Below the pieces are notes generated by a model. That model did no database searches, was not told the DNA's origin, and worked only from the letters and a program-made list of their open reading frames with translations. A DNA stretch of 64,000 nucleotides from Spirochaetia bacterium (GTDB lineage Bacteria; Spirochaetota; Spirochaetia; UBA9216), in contig OY776510.1 in the NCBI GenBank assembly GCA_963675665.1, positions 1,024,001-1,088,000 on the forward strand, read 5' to 3'. The first letter of the stretch is position 1, and the number at the start of each line of letters is the position of its first letter. The position numbers were made by a program, and so were the translations under genes. This document shows, piece after piece, positions 27,958-37,276 of this stretch.

Positions 27958-27973
27958 TGGCATGGATGATGCT
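27958..27973 (+). promoter_or_regulatory. Sigma54 (-24/-12) promoter of the sugar ABC operon
   Basis: TGGCATGGATGATGCT, with GG (27959-60) and GC (27971-72) at canonical spacing. Confidence 0.8.
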
Positions 27974-28003
27974 TTATATAAGCAAATCTACAGGAGGTTT
28001 TTT

Positions 28004-28948
28004 ATGAAACTGTTAAAAACTTTACTAATTGTAATGGCCGTCGTTTTGATTGCAGCAGGCTCTTTGTCTGCAGCAGGTCAGCAGGAATCCGACGGAAAGC
28101 TGAAGATCGTGCTTGTTCCCAAATCGGTAGGACATCCGTTCTGGGCTGATCTGGAGAAGGGTATGGAAGATAAAGCGGAAGAAATGGGAGTAACAGCTTT
28201 TTTTCACGGCCCCCAGAGTGCAACCGCAAGCGGCCAGATATCAATAATTGAAGATTATCTTGCAATGGGAGTTGACGGAATTGCTATAGCGGCTAACGAC
28301 CCTGATGCAATCAAGAAGTATGTTGAAATGGGTCTTGAGCAGGGTGTCCAGATGGTTACGTTCGACACTGATGCTCCCGACAGCGGACGTCTTTTTTATG
28401 TCGGAACTGATAATGTAGCCGCAGGCAACCAGGGTGCGGAAGCACTGATAAAGATGATGAACGGAAAAGGCAAGGTTGCAATACTTACTGGCGGACTGAC
28501 AGCGCTTAATCTCAATCAGAGAATTGAAGGTTTCGAGAAAGCTGTTGCTGCGTATCCTGATATAGAAATTGTTGCCAAGGAATCTCATGGTGATTCTCTG
28601 GAACAGGGGATTCCTCTGATGGAAAACCTTTTAACTGAATATCCGGATATCGATGCGTTTTATTGTGTAAGCGGTCCCAATGTAGCAGCGGAAGGGTTGA
28701 AGTCTGCAGGATATGCACCCGGAGAAAAAATTGTCTTCGGCTTCGACATTTTCGATCCTGTTCCTGCTCTTATCAGAGAGGGGTATATACAGGGAACTGT
28801 TGCTCAGCTTCCGTATAAAGAAGGCCAGATAGTTGTAGAAAAACTTGTTGCCAAGATAAACGGTGAAAGTGTAGATGAAATCGTCGGCACAGGCACAAAT
28901 GTAGTTACATCAGAGAATATTGACGCATATCTCTCAGAGGTTCATTAA
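28004..28948 (+). CDS. Sugar ABC transporter substrate-binding protein (RbsB-like)
   Basis: AGGAGG + ATG 28004; signal ending SAAGQQE; VPKSVGHPFW, TFDTD, YVGTDN, NLNQRIEGF. Confidence 0.92.
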   Translation: MKLLKTLLIVMAVVLIAAGSLSAAGQQESDGKLKIVLVPKSVGHPFWADLEKGMEDKAEEMGVTAFFHGPQSATASGQISIIEDYLAMGVDGIAIAANDPDAIKKYVEMGLEQGVQMVTFDTDAPDSGRLFYVGTDNVAAGNQGAEALIKMMNGKGKVAILTGGLTALNLNQRIEGFEKAVAAYPDIEIVAKESHGDSLEQGIPLMENLLTEYPDIDAFYCVSGPNVAAEGLKSAGYAPGEKIVFGFDIFDPVPALIREGYIQGTVAQLPYKEGQIVVEKLVAKINGESVDEIVGTGTNVVTSENIDAYLSEVH

Positions 28949-28957
28949 GGATTTTTG

Positions 28958-28992
28958 CCGGGGCATAAGGTAAAACATTGCCCCGGGGTTTT
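28958..28992 (+). terminator. Intercistronic stem-loop after the SBP gene
   Basis: CCGGGGCA...TGCCCCGG followed by a short T run. Confidence 0.55.
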
Positions 28993-29006
28993 ATGAGGTA
29001 AATTGC

Positions 29007-30521
29007 ATGACTGATGTACTGCTTGATTTAAGATCTATTTCAAAAAAATTCCCCGGGGTTAAAGCTCTGGATAATGTTAATATTCAAATTAAAAAAGGTG
29101 AGGTTCATTCGATTCTGGGAGAAAACGGTGCAGGGAAATCTACACTGATGAAAATAATCAGCGGTGCGTTGAATAAAGATGAAGGTGAGATGATTTTTGA
29201 AGGCCGGACCGTCAGTTTCTCGAATACAATGGACTCTCAAAAAGCCGGAATAGCGATGATATATCAGGAGTTTAATCTTGCGCCGCATTTGACGGTTGAA
29301 GACAATGTCTTTATTGCAAACGAACCCTGTTCAAGGTTAAATATTGTTGATAGAAAAACTGTTCGCAAAAGAACATTCGAGCTGCTGGACAGTATAGACT
29401 TCAAACTGGATCCTTCAAAAAAAATAAAGAACCTGAATGTCTGTGAACAGCAGATTACGGAAATAATCAAAGCGCTTCGAAATGAATCAAAGCTAATCAT
29501 TATGGACGAGCCGACGTCTGCGTTAACCGAGAACGAAATCAGAAAATTCTTTAAATGTATTGATAAAATGAGAAGCGAAGGTCTCAGTATCTTATTCATA
29601 TCACATAACCTTGAAGAGGTTTTTGAGATCTCTGATACGATTACTGTTATGCGTGACGGAAAATCGGTCGGAACCTACCCGATTGATGAAATCACACCGA
29701 ATGATGCAGTCAGGCTGATGGTCGGAAGAGAAGTTGAAAATATCTACGACAGGAAGACTGTAGAAATTGGCGAAGAAGTTCTGAGAGTAAAGAATTTATC
29801 CAGTCCCGGCAAAATACACGATGTTTCGTTTACTCTCAGAGAAGGTGAGGTTCTCGGTATCTGCGGTCTGCTCGGCGCCGGGAAGACTGAAATTGTCCGC
29901 GGCATTTTCGGTGCGGATACGAAAGCGACGGGAGAAGTATTCATAAAGGGCAGAAAATTAAAAGTAGGCAATATTAATGATGTTATAGATGCGGGTATCG
30001 GATTAATACCTGAGGACAGAAAAAACCAGGGATTATTTCTGGACAAAAACATAAAAGAAAACCTGAGTGCAGCAAGTATTGAAGAGCTTTCAAAATGTAA
30101 GTTCCTTTCAAAAATGCGGGAGCAGGATCTTGCTTCTCAATATGTGGAGATTCTGCGCATAAAGACCTCCGGTTTGAAGCAGATTGTCAATAATTTGAGT
30201 GGCGGGAACCAGCAGAAAGTTGTAATCGGCAAATGGCTTGCTCTTTCTCCGAAAGTGCTGCTTATGGATGATCCGACAAGGGGTGTTGATATCGGCGCGA
30301 AACAGGCTATCTATAAACTTATCGGAGAGCTTGTGTCCTCCGGTGTCGGGGTGATTTTTATTTCTTCCGAGCTGCCGGAGGTTATAGGGATTTCGGATCG
30401 TCTGCTGGTGATTGCGGATGGAGAATTAAAAGCGGAATTTAGAAGTGATGATGCAACCCAGGAAAAAATCCTGACAGCGGCAACATTAAAAACAAAACTA
30501 AATTCAGAAAAGGCGGTATGA
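29007..30521 (+). CDS. rbsA: Sugar ABC transporter ATP-binding protein (RbsA/MglA-like)
   Basis: GENGAGKST, IIMDEPT, PEDRK, LSGGNQQKV. Confidence 0.9.
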   Translation: MTDVLLDLRSISKKFPGVKALDNVNIQIKKGEVHSILGENGAGKSTLMKIISGALNKDEGEMIFEGRTVSFSNTMDSQKAGIAMIYQEFNLAPHLTVEDNVFIANEPCSRLNIVDRKTVRKRTFELLDSIDFKLDPSKKIKNLNVCEQQITEIIKALRNESKLIIMDEPTSALTENEIRKFFKCIDKMRSEGLSILFISHNLEEVFEISDTITVMRDGKSVGTYPIDEITPNDAVRLMVGREVENIYDRKTVEIGEEVLRVKNLSSPGKIHDVSFTLREGEVLGICGLLGAGKTEIVRGIFGADTKATGEVFIKGRKLKVGNINDVIDAGIGLIPEDRKNQGLFLDKNIKENLSAASIEELSKCKFLSKMREQDLASQYVEILRIKTSGLKQIVNNLSGGNQQKVVIGKWLALSPKVLLMDDPTRGVDIGAKQAIYKLIGELVSSGVGVIFISSELPEVIGISDRLLVIADGELKAEFRSDDATQEKILTAATLKTKLNSEKAV

Positions 30522-31537
30522 ATATTATGAAATACACTGACACTGTAAACAAGGAAAAGGATGACATCGAAGAAAAACAGATTAATAAGTGTACGAATAT
30601 TCTGAAAAAAATATTTAACTTTCAGGAATCGGCGATTTTATTTGTATTTATTATTTTCTGTATTCTGCTGTCTATCGTTGCTCCGAGGTTTTTGCTTCCG
30701 CAAAACATATCAAATGTAATCAGACAGTTTTCAATGGTTGCTATAGTAGCAGTCGGAATGAGCTTTGTTATAATTTCCGGAGGAATTGATCTTTCAGTCG
30801 GCGGTATCGTCGCCTTTGTCGGCGTTTCAGTTGCCTGGATGATAGTAAATATGGGGATGCCTATCTGGCTGGCCATATTCATCGGCCTGATTCTCGGATC
30901 ATTTCTTGGTCTTCTTAATGCAATACTGATTGTTCGGGTCGGACTGCCTCCGTTCATTGCGACCCTTGGAACAATGCAGATTTCCAGAGGGCTGGTTCTG
31001 GCTTTAACCAGGGGGTACCCCATCAGACCGTTTCCCGAAGTCTTTCTGGCAATAGGTCACGGCAAAATAGGCGTTATCCCGGTTCCTATTGTAATCATGA
31101 TCATCGTAATTATTGTTGCTCATATATTTCTGAGTAAAACAACAACCGGCAGGTATATCTACTATACGGGCAGCAACCTTGATGCCGCGGTTCTGTCCGG
31201 AATAAAAACCAAACGGATTTTGTCGTCGGTCTATATAATTACAGGGTTTCTTTGCGCAGTAGCGGCGGTTTTGTTGACAGCCAGGCTGTCTTCGGCCCAG
31301 AGCAATATGGCTGAAGGCTGGGAGCTTGATGCTATTGCCGCTGTCGTAATAGGCGGGGCAAGCCTGTCGGGCGGTGAAGGATCAATTATCGGCACTCTCA
31401 TAGGTGCGGCAATTATGGGAGTCATCAGAAACGCTCTGGTACTTCTTCACGTTTCGGTTTACTGGCAGACCGTTGTTATCGGCTGTGTAATTATTGCGGC
31501 GGTTACCATAGATAAAGTCAGGCATAAGGATAATTAA
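30518..31537 (+). CDS. rbsC: Sugar ABC transporter permease (RbsC-like)
   Basis: GGIDLSVG, PPFIATLG, ELDAIAAVVIGGASLSGG. Confidence 0.9.
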   Translation: MNIMKYTDTVNKEKDDIEEKQINKCTNILKKIFNFQESAILFVFIIFCILLSIVAPRFLLPQNISNVIRQFSMVAIVAVGMSFVIISGGIDLSVGGIVAFVGVSVAWMIVNMGMPIWLAIFIGLILGSFLGLLNAILIVRVGLPPFIATLGTMQISRGLVLALTRGYPIRPFPEVFLAIGHGKIGVIPVPIVIMIIVIIVAHIFLSKTTTGRYIYYTGSNLDAAVLSGIKTKRILSSVYIITGFLCAVAAVLLTARLSSAQSNMAEGWELDAIAAVVIGGASLSGGEGSIIGTLIGAAIMGVIRNALVLLHVSVYWQTVVIGCVIIAAVTIDKVRHKDN

Positions 31538-31552
31538 AAGAAGGGGAATGAT

Positions 31553-32332
31553 ATGAGATTTAAATCACAGGCAGCATTACTTACAGGTGCAGCGAGAGGA
31601 ATAGGAAAGGCAGTGGCAAAGAAGCTGGCCTCGGAAGGTTGTTATGTTGAAATTACCGATATAGACGAAAATGCAATAGATGAAGCTGTCAGGGAAATAA
31701 ATAAAGAATTCCCGGGACTGGCGGGCGGATCAATTATGGATGTAACTGATAGTTCATCGATAAACCGGGTTGTAAAAAAACTGTTAAATGAAAAAAGCAG
31801 GATTGATATCCTCGTTAATAATGCGGGAGCAAACGGAAAGGGCTGGGTTGTGGATTTTGAGGAGAAATTATGGCAGACGATTATTCAAACTAATCTTACG
31901 GGGACATTTCTCTGTTCAAAAGCGGTTTTGCCGGGAATGATAAAAAAAGGAAAAGGCAGGATTATTAATATTGCTTCAATTGCCGGAAAACAGGGCGAAT
32001 CGGCGGGAAGCGCCTATTGTTCTTCAAAGTTTGGAGTTATTGGTTTTACCCAGTCGCTGGCGCTCGAAGTAGCGGACAAAAATATACTGGTAAATGCCGT
32101 TTGCCCCGGCCCTATTCAGACTGAACTTGGTGAACTTGGAATTAATCAGGACGCAGCCCTGAGAGGTCTTGATCCGGATGAGTTTCGACAATGGTTTATC
32201 GATCGAACCCCGTTTAAACGGCAGGGAACGGTGGAGCAGGTTGCGAATATGGTTGCATTTATTGCTTCCGACGAGTGTGACTTTACTACAGGCGCCGCAT
32301 TCAATGTGAACGGCGGAATAATAATGCATTAG
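31553..32332 (+). CDS. Short-chain dehydrogenase/reductase (polyol/sugar dehydrogenase-like)
   Basis: TGAARGIG, NNAG, YCSSK, NAVCPG. Confidence 0.92.
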   Translation: MRFKSQAALLTGAARGIGKAVAKKLASEGCYVEITDIDENAIDEAVREINKEFPGLAGGSIMDVTDSSSINRVVKKLLNEKSRIDILVNNAGANGKGWVVDFEEKLWQTIIQTNLTGTFLCSKAVLPGMIKKGKGRIINIASIAGKQGESAGSAYCSSKFGVIGFTQSLALEVADKNILVNAVCPGPIQTELGELGINQDAALRGLDPDEFRQWFIDRTPFKRQGTVEQVANMVAFIASDECDFTTGAAFNVNGGIIMH

Positions 32333-32341
32333 GGGTTTGAA

Positions 32342-33223
32342 ATGAAGCAAATAACCCAAAATGTCTATGCTGCGGATAATTATGCCGGAGATAATCCCGC
32401 ATATATTAAAACAGTAGAAGGAATTGTGATTATTGATCCGCCGCAGATGCCGTCGGTAGCCGTTGAGCTGTTAGATATTGTGGAATCTGAAGGCCCTCTG
32501 AAATGGATCATAAATACCGAACATCATCCCGACCATACCTTTGGTAATTATTATTTTAACAAAATGGCGCCGGTTGCTGCGCACAGGGAATTATATTCAA
32601 GATTTATGACGGCGCCCGGGCTTGATTGTTATCGTAAGAATTATGATGAAACAAAAGCCAATGATCCTGAAGGCTTAAAATATTATCCTGAAGAGGAAGA
32701 GTACTGGCGGAACTGTAACAAACCGGTCGTCCTGTTTGATGATTATTTGAAGATCACAGTCGGAGGGCATGATTTCGAATGTTACCATACCGGCGGACAC
32801 ACTATAGATCAAATTTGTGTTTACTGCCCCCAGGAAAGGGTCCTGTTTCCGGGCGATACAATCTTTAACAAGGTGCAGATTTTTTTCGCAGAAGCGGATC
32901 CTTTCATAATACTTGAAGCGCTGGATTTTATCGAACAATTTGATGCCGAATATATTGTCCCGGGGCACGGTGAAATCTGCACAAAAGATGCAATTAATCA
33001 GAACAAGGCCTTTGTTATGGACTGGATAGGGGCGGTGCAGAACGGGATAGCAAAAGGCTGGAGTAGAGATGAATGCAGGGAACGTATAAGCTTTGCGGAT
33101 TCGTATCCGATAGATATCGGGCTTGATGCCGTTTTGTATGAGCTGCAGAAAGGCAATTCAGGCAAACTTTATGATTACCTGACAAGTAAGGGCCGGGGAA
33201 GAGGATACACGTTAATTCCGTAA
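32342..33223 (+). CDS. MBL-fold metallo-hydrolase (cyclase-like subgroup)
   Basis: NTEHHPDHTFGN, GGHT, FPGD, VPGHG. Confidence 0.9.
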   Translation: MKQITQNVYAADNYAGDNPAYIKTVEGIVIIDPPQMPSVAVELLDIVESEGPLKWIINTEHHPDHTFGNYYFNKMAPVAAHRELYSRFMTAPGLDCYRKNYDETKANDPEGLKYYPEEEEYWRNCNKPVVLFDDYLKITVGGHDFECYHTGGHTIDQICVYCPQERVLFPGDTIFNKVQIFFAEADPFIILEALDFIEQFDAEYIVPGHGEICTKDAINQNKAFVMDWIGAVQNGIAKGWSRDECRERISFADSYPIDIGLDAVLYELQKGNSGKLYDYLTSKGRGRGYTLIP

Positions 33224-33237
33224 AAAAAGGAAAAATT

Positions 33238-33876
33238 ATGAAAATAGCAATAATAAATGAAGTCAGCGCTGCGCACAGGAACGCTGATATTGTAAACGCG
33301 CTTGACGGCAGGGGTTTTGAGATTCTGAATATAGGAATGAAAAGCCCTGATGAAGAAAATAAAATTTTTTATACACACACCGGGTTTTTAACAGGTCTTG
33401 TGCTTAACCTTGGAATAGCCGATTTTGTAGTCGGCGGGTGCGGAACGGGACAGGGATATCTTGATTCGGCAATGCAGTATCCGGGGGTTTTTTGCGGTCA
33501 TATTCTCAATTCAATGGATTCATGGCTGTTTGCGCAGATTAACTCCGGCAATGCAGTGTCGCTTGCCCTGAACCAGGGGTATGGGTGGGCTGCCGAGATT
33601 AATCTCAGGTTTATATTTGACAGGTTGTTTGAGGTAGAGCATGGCTCAGGGTATCCGAAAAACCGTACTGAACCGCAGGAAAAGATGAGAAAAATGCTTG
33701 GAAGGGTGTCGGTATCGACTCACAAATCGCTATCGGAGATAATCAGGGATCTTGATGATGATGTAATAGAGCCTGCTTTGAATTATCCCGGCATTATGGA
33801 ATTGCTTGATATTGATAATATTGACGATGAACAGATAAGAACAGTACTGACGCAGAGGAGCAAGAGGTTAAATTAA
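33238..33876 (+). CDS. RpiB/LacA/LacB-family sugar isomerase with C-terminal extension
   Basis: MKIAIINE, VGGCGTGQG, QINSGNA, GYGW, GSGYP. Confidence 0.85.
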   Translation: MKIAIINEVSAAHRNADIVNALDGRGFEILNIGMKSPDEENKIFYTHTGFLTGLVLNLGIADFVVGGCGTGQGYLDSAMQYPGVFCGHILNSMDSWLFAQINSGNAVSLALNQGYGWAAEINLRFIFDRLFEVEHGSGYPKNRTEPQEKMRKMLGRVSVSTHKSLSEIIRDLDDDVIEPALNYPGIMELLDIDNIDDEQIRTVLTQRSKRLN

Positions 33877-34724
33877 TGAAGGTGCATTTGGAAGAAACAA
33901 CATTGGAAGAGCTGAAAAAAAAGGCTCGGAGAATCAGGGAACTGATTCTTACTACAACGCACAGCGCGGGTTGCGGACATACCGGCGGATCACTTTCCGA
34001 GGTGGAAATATTAACAGCCCTGTTTTTTAATATTATGGATATAGATGAAAAAAACCCGAAGAAGGAGCCCCGAGACAGGTTCGTTTTATCGAAAGGACAT
34101 GCGACGCCGGGATATTATTCGACTCTTGCTCTCAGGGGTTTTTTCCCGGAAAAAGAACTGGCGGGTTTTGATTCGCTTGGAAGTTTTCTGCAGGCCCATC
34201 CCGATATGCATAAATGTCCCGGTGTTGATTTTTCAAGCGGGTCTCTCGGCCAGGGGCTTTCCATCGGTCTCGGAATGGCTCAGGGTCTTGCCGGGAAAGG
34301 AGAAAAAGGCGTTACTTTCGTGCTCATTGGGGACGGCGAAAGTCAGGAAGGCCAGATATGGGAAGCTGCGATGTATGCAGGTGCAAAAAATGTAAGAAAC
34401 ATCGTGTGCATTGTTGATTACAATAAGGTTCAGCTTGCATCCACAACAGAAGAAGCTGTTTCCCTTGAACCGCTTAAGGAAAAGTGGGAGGCTTTCAACT
34501 GGAATGTGATGGAATGTGATGGTCATGATATGAAAGATATTCTTTCTGCACTGACGGCGGCAAAAGAAGCAAGCGGCAATGGGCCGGTAGTTATACTTGC
34601 GCATACGGTAAAAGGAAAGGGTGTAAGTTTTATGGAAGGCCGTTATCAGTGGCACGGAAAAGCCCCCAATGATGAAGAGTTTCAGCAGGCAATAAACGAG
34701 ATATATGCCGGAGGAGAAATATGA
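33876..34724 (+). CDS. Transketolase, N-terminal (TPP-binding) subunit
   Basis: GHTGGSLS, DRFVLSKGH, GSLGQG, GDGESQEG...N, HTVKGKG, WHG. Confidence 0.95.
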   Translation: MKVHLEETTLEELKKKARRIRELILTTTHSAGCGHTGGSLSEVEILTALFFNIMDIDEKNPKKEPRDRFVLSKGHATPGYYSTLALRGFFPEKELAGFDSLGSFLQAHPDMHKCPGVDFSSGSLGQGLSIGLGMAQGLAGKGEKGVTFVLIGDGESQEGQIWEAAMYAGAKNVRNIVCIVDYNKVQLASTTEEAVSLEPLKEKWEAFNWNVMECDGHDMKDILSALTAAKEASGNGPVVILAHTVKGKGVSFMEGRYQWHGKAPNDEEFQQAINEIYAGGEI

Positions 34725-35662
34725 GAATAGGTGAAGCAATAGCTCCAAGGGTCGTCTTCGGTGAAACTCTTGTTGAACTTGGTAAGGAGTATGAAAAGCT
34801 GGTTGTTCTCGATGCGGATGTAGGAGCTTCTACGCAGACTGCACTGTTTAGAGATGAATACCCGGACAGGTTCTATCAATGCGGAATTGCCGAGGCAAAT
34901 ATGGTCGGAATGTCGGCGGGAATGGCTGCCGTCGGCATGATTCCCTTTGTTTCAACCTTTGCAATTTTTCTGACAAAACGCGCGGGAGATCAGATAAGAA
35001 ACTCTATAGGATATCCGGGGATGAATGTAAAATTAAACGGTGCATACGGAGGGCTTCCTACAGGCAAGGCCGGAGCCACCCATTCCGCAATTGAGGATAT
35101 TGCCGTTATGAGAGCAATTCCGGGAATGACAATTCTTGTTCCCTGCGATCCGGTTGAAACCCGGCTTGCAGTCAAACTGGCAATGGAAACCGAAGGTCCT
35201 GTTTATCTGAGAACTGTGCGTTGTCCGGTTGAAACAATTTTTGATGAAAGTCATAAGATGGAATTGGGTAAAGCGAAAGTTGTTCATGAAGGCGGCGATG
35301 CGGTCATTATATCCACCGGGATGATGACGCCGAAGGCCCTTCGGGCGGCAAAAGCGCTTGAATCAGAAGGTATCGATCTGAAGGTTATTCATATGGGTAC
35401 AATTAAACCGATAGACGAAGATGCAGTTGTTTCTGCAGCAATAGAGTTCGGTCATATTTTTACTTTGGAAAATCATAGCGTGATAGGCGGTTTAGGAAGC
35501 GCCGTTGCTGAAGTAACCGCAAAAAAAGCCCCCTGCAGGGTTAAAATGCTCGGTTTTCAGGATATTTTTCTGGAATCAGGTGATAATGAATTATTATTCT
35601 CAAAATATGGAATGAATGTGGATAATATTAAACAGGAAATCCGAAGGAAAGTATGTAAGTAA
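34721..35662 (+). CDS. Transketolase, C-terminal subunit
   Basis: LDADV, GIAEANM, GATH, GPVYLR, ENHSVIGGLGSAVAE. Confidence 0.95.
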   Translation: MRIGEAIAPRVVFGETLVELGKEYEKLVVLDADVGASTQTALFRDEYPDRFYQCGIAEANMVGMSAGMAAVGMIPFVSTFAIFLTKRAGDQIRNSIGYPGMNVKLNGAYGGLPTGKAGATHSAIEDIAVMRAIPGMTILVPCDPVETRLAVKLAMETEGPVYLRTVRCPVETIFDESHKMELGKAKVVHEGGDAVIISTGMMTPKALRAAKALESEGIDLKVIHMGTIKPIDEDAVVSAAIEFGHIFTLENHSVIGGLGSAVAEVTAKKAPCRVKMLGFQDIFLESGDNELLFSKYGMNVDNIKQEIRRKVCK

Positions 35663-35672
35663 TTTTATTATA

Positions 35673-35709
35673 ACAGCCGGCGGGTAAAAACGATTTTTCC
35701 GCCGGTTGT
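35673..35709. terminator. Hairpin between convergent genes (probable terminator)
   Basis: ACAGCCGGCGG...CCGCCGGTTGT. Confidence 0.65.
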
Positions 35710-36257
35710 CAGCTTTTCCGGTAATCCAGATGCAACAGCATCAGGTTAAGAATTTCAGATTTTGAATCTTTACAGTCATTTTTAAGCCATTTGGCAAAAA
35801 GGGAAATATAACCACCTGCGTAGAAGCTCAGCATATATTCTTTCTGAAGTTCATCTTTATATACCGAATGTATGAATTCCCTGTTAACAAGGTTGATTCC
35901 TTCGATCATGAAATCCATAAATACCCATTGTAATTCGGCATCGAAGATGGCTTTATAAAATTCCTTTTCGTTTTCTATCATGCTCAGATACCGGTAGCCG
36001 ATGTAGGTCTGATCGATATTTTTATTTTTACGTATTTGATGCAGGAAGACTTTCTGCTGGTCCTTCAAATACCTTACGAGGACGTCCTGTATGCTGTTGA
36101 AGTGCCTGTAGAATGCCATCCGTGAAACCCCGGCCTTTGTGCAGAGTTCGCTGATACTTATTTCTTTAAAAGGCTTGAGCTTCATCAGGATTATCATGGC
36201 CTCTTCTATACTCTGGATAGTCAGCCTTTTCTGGTTAAGATTGTATTGATTAGGCAT
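35709..36257 (-). CDS. TetR/AcrR family transcriptional regulator
   Basis: ISISELCTKAGVSRMAFYRHF HTH. Confidence 0.93.
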   Translation of the reverse strand: MPNQYNLNQKRLTIQSIEEAMIILMKLKPFKEISISELCTKAGVSRMAFYRHFNSIQDVLVRYLKDQQKVFLHQIRKNKNIDQTYIGYRYLSMIENEKEFYKAIFDAELQWVFMDFMIEGINLVNREFIHSVYKDELQKEYMLSFYAGGYISLFAKWLKNDCKDSKSEILNLMLLHLDYRKS

Positions 36258-36275
36258 TACACTTCTCTCCCTACT

Positions 36276-36352
36276 GTAACAACTGAAGCATTTTCATTTG
36301 CAATGACTGATAGTCGGATGTATCATTAAATTTAAGGTGTTTCAGATGTAAC
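36276..36352 (+). promoter_or_regulatory. Sigma70 promoter of the SDR-AOR operon flanked by an inverted pair of candidate TetR operators
   Basis: TTGCAA (36298-303), 17 bp, TATCAT (36321-26). GTAACAACTGAAGCA (36276-90) and TGTTTCAGATGTAAC (36338-52) match 12/15 as an inverted pair. Confidence 0.5.
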
Positions 36353-36380
36353 GTCAAGACGCCTTACGGAAGGAGCCATT

Positions 36381-37265
36381 ATGGAAAAGAAAAAAACCTC
36401 TTCAAAAACCGTACTGGTCACAGGTGCGGGTTCAGGTCTGGGGCAGGCGACAGCAATCATGCTTGCGGAAAAGGGCTGGAAGGTTTATGGCACGATCATT
36501 CCCAGTCAGAGTTCAGAAAAACTGGCGAAGTACGGAATCACTCCTCTGGTTGTAGATCTGGCGGACAATGAGTCGGTGGCGAAAGCGTACGGACAGATAG
36601 CTGTTGAAATCGGGGCCAGCGGCCTGGCTGCTCTTGTTAATGTTGCGGGTCTGGCTGAAGTTGCCGGCGGAATAATCGAGGGAGTGTCTGAAGATCGTGT
36701 CAGGGCCTTGTTTGAGGTCAATGTGTTCGGCACGTTGAGGGTTATCAAGACGTTCCTTCCGTTACTGCGGAAATACGGGCCCGCAAGGGTCGTTAATGTA
36801 TCGACCAGCGGGGTGCGGGTTCCCACTTCATTTTCCGGAATCTATGCGATATCAAAGTATGCTGTAGAAGGCATTACGAATGCATTCAGGTACGAACTTC
36901 CGATATTCGGAATCCAGCTGACCTCGATTGAACCGGGGGCCATGGACACGCCGATGACGGCCAACAGTGAAGAAAACATGAAAAAAACCTGGGAGAGAAT
37001 GCCTGATTTTGTCAGGGACCTGTATTATGAAAAACTCAGCGTTCCGCTGGGATATATGAACAGCATGCTGAAAAACAAAAACCAGCCGGAAGATGTAGCC
37101 AGGATAATAGTTAACGCATTATATGCAAAAAAAATGAAAATCCGTTACATGGGCGGCAGGGATGTTCGGATTATGCCGTTTCTGCAGAGATTTTTAGGGG
37201 AGAATCTGTTCGAGGCGATGATGCTTAAGGTACAGAAAATGCCGAAACCTGACTTTGACAGGTAA
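36381..37265 (+). CDS. SDR oxidoreductase (17beta-HSD/retinol dehydrogenase-like subgroup)
   Basis: TGAGSGLG, LVNVAG, FEVNVFG, YAISK, IEPGAMDT, C-terminal RYMGG. Confidence 0.88.
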   Translation: MEKKKTSSKTVLVTGAGSGLGQATAIMLAEKGWKVYGTIIPSQSSEKLAKYGITPLVVDLADNESVAKAYGQIAVEIGASGLAALVNVAGLAEVAGGIIEGVSEDRVRALFEVNVFGTLRVIKTFLPLLRKYGPARVVNVSTSGVRVPTSFSGIYAISKYAVEGITNAFRYELPIFGIQLTSIEPGAMDTPMTANSEENMKKTWERMPDFVRDLYYEKLSVPLGYMNSMLKNKNQPEDVARIIVNALYAKKMKIRYMGGRDVRIMPFLQRFLGENLFEAMMLKVQKMPKPDFDR

Positions 37266-37276
37266 GGGAGAAGATT

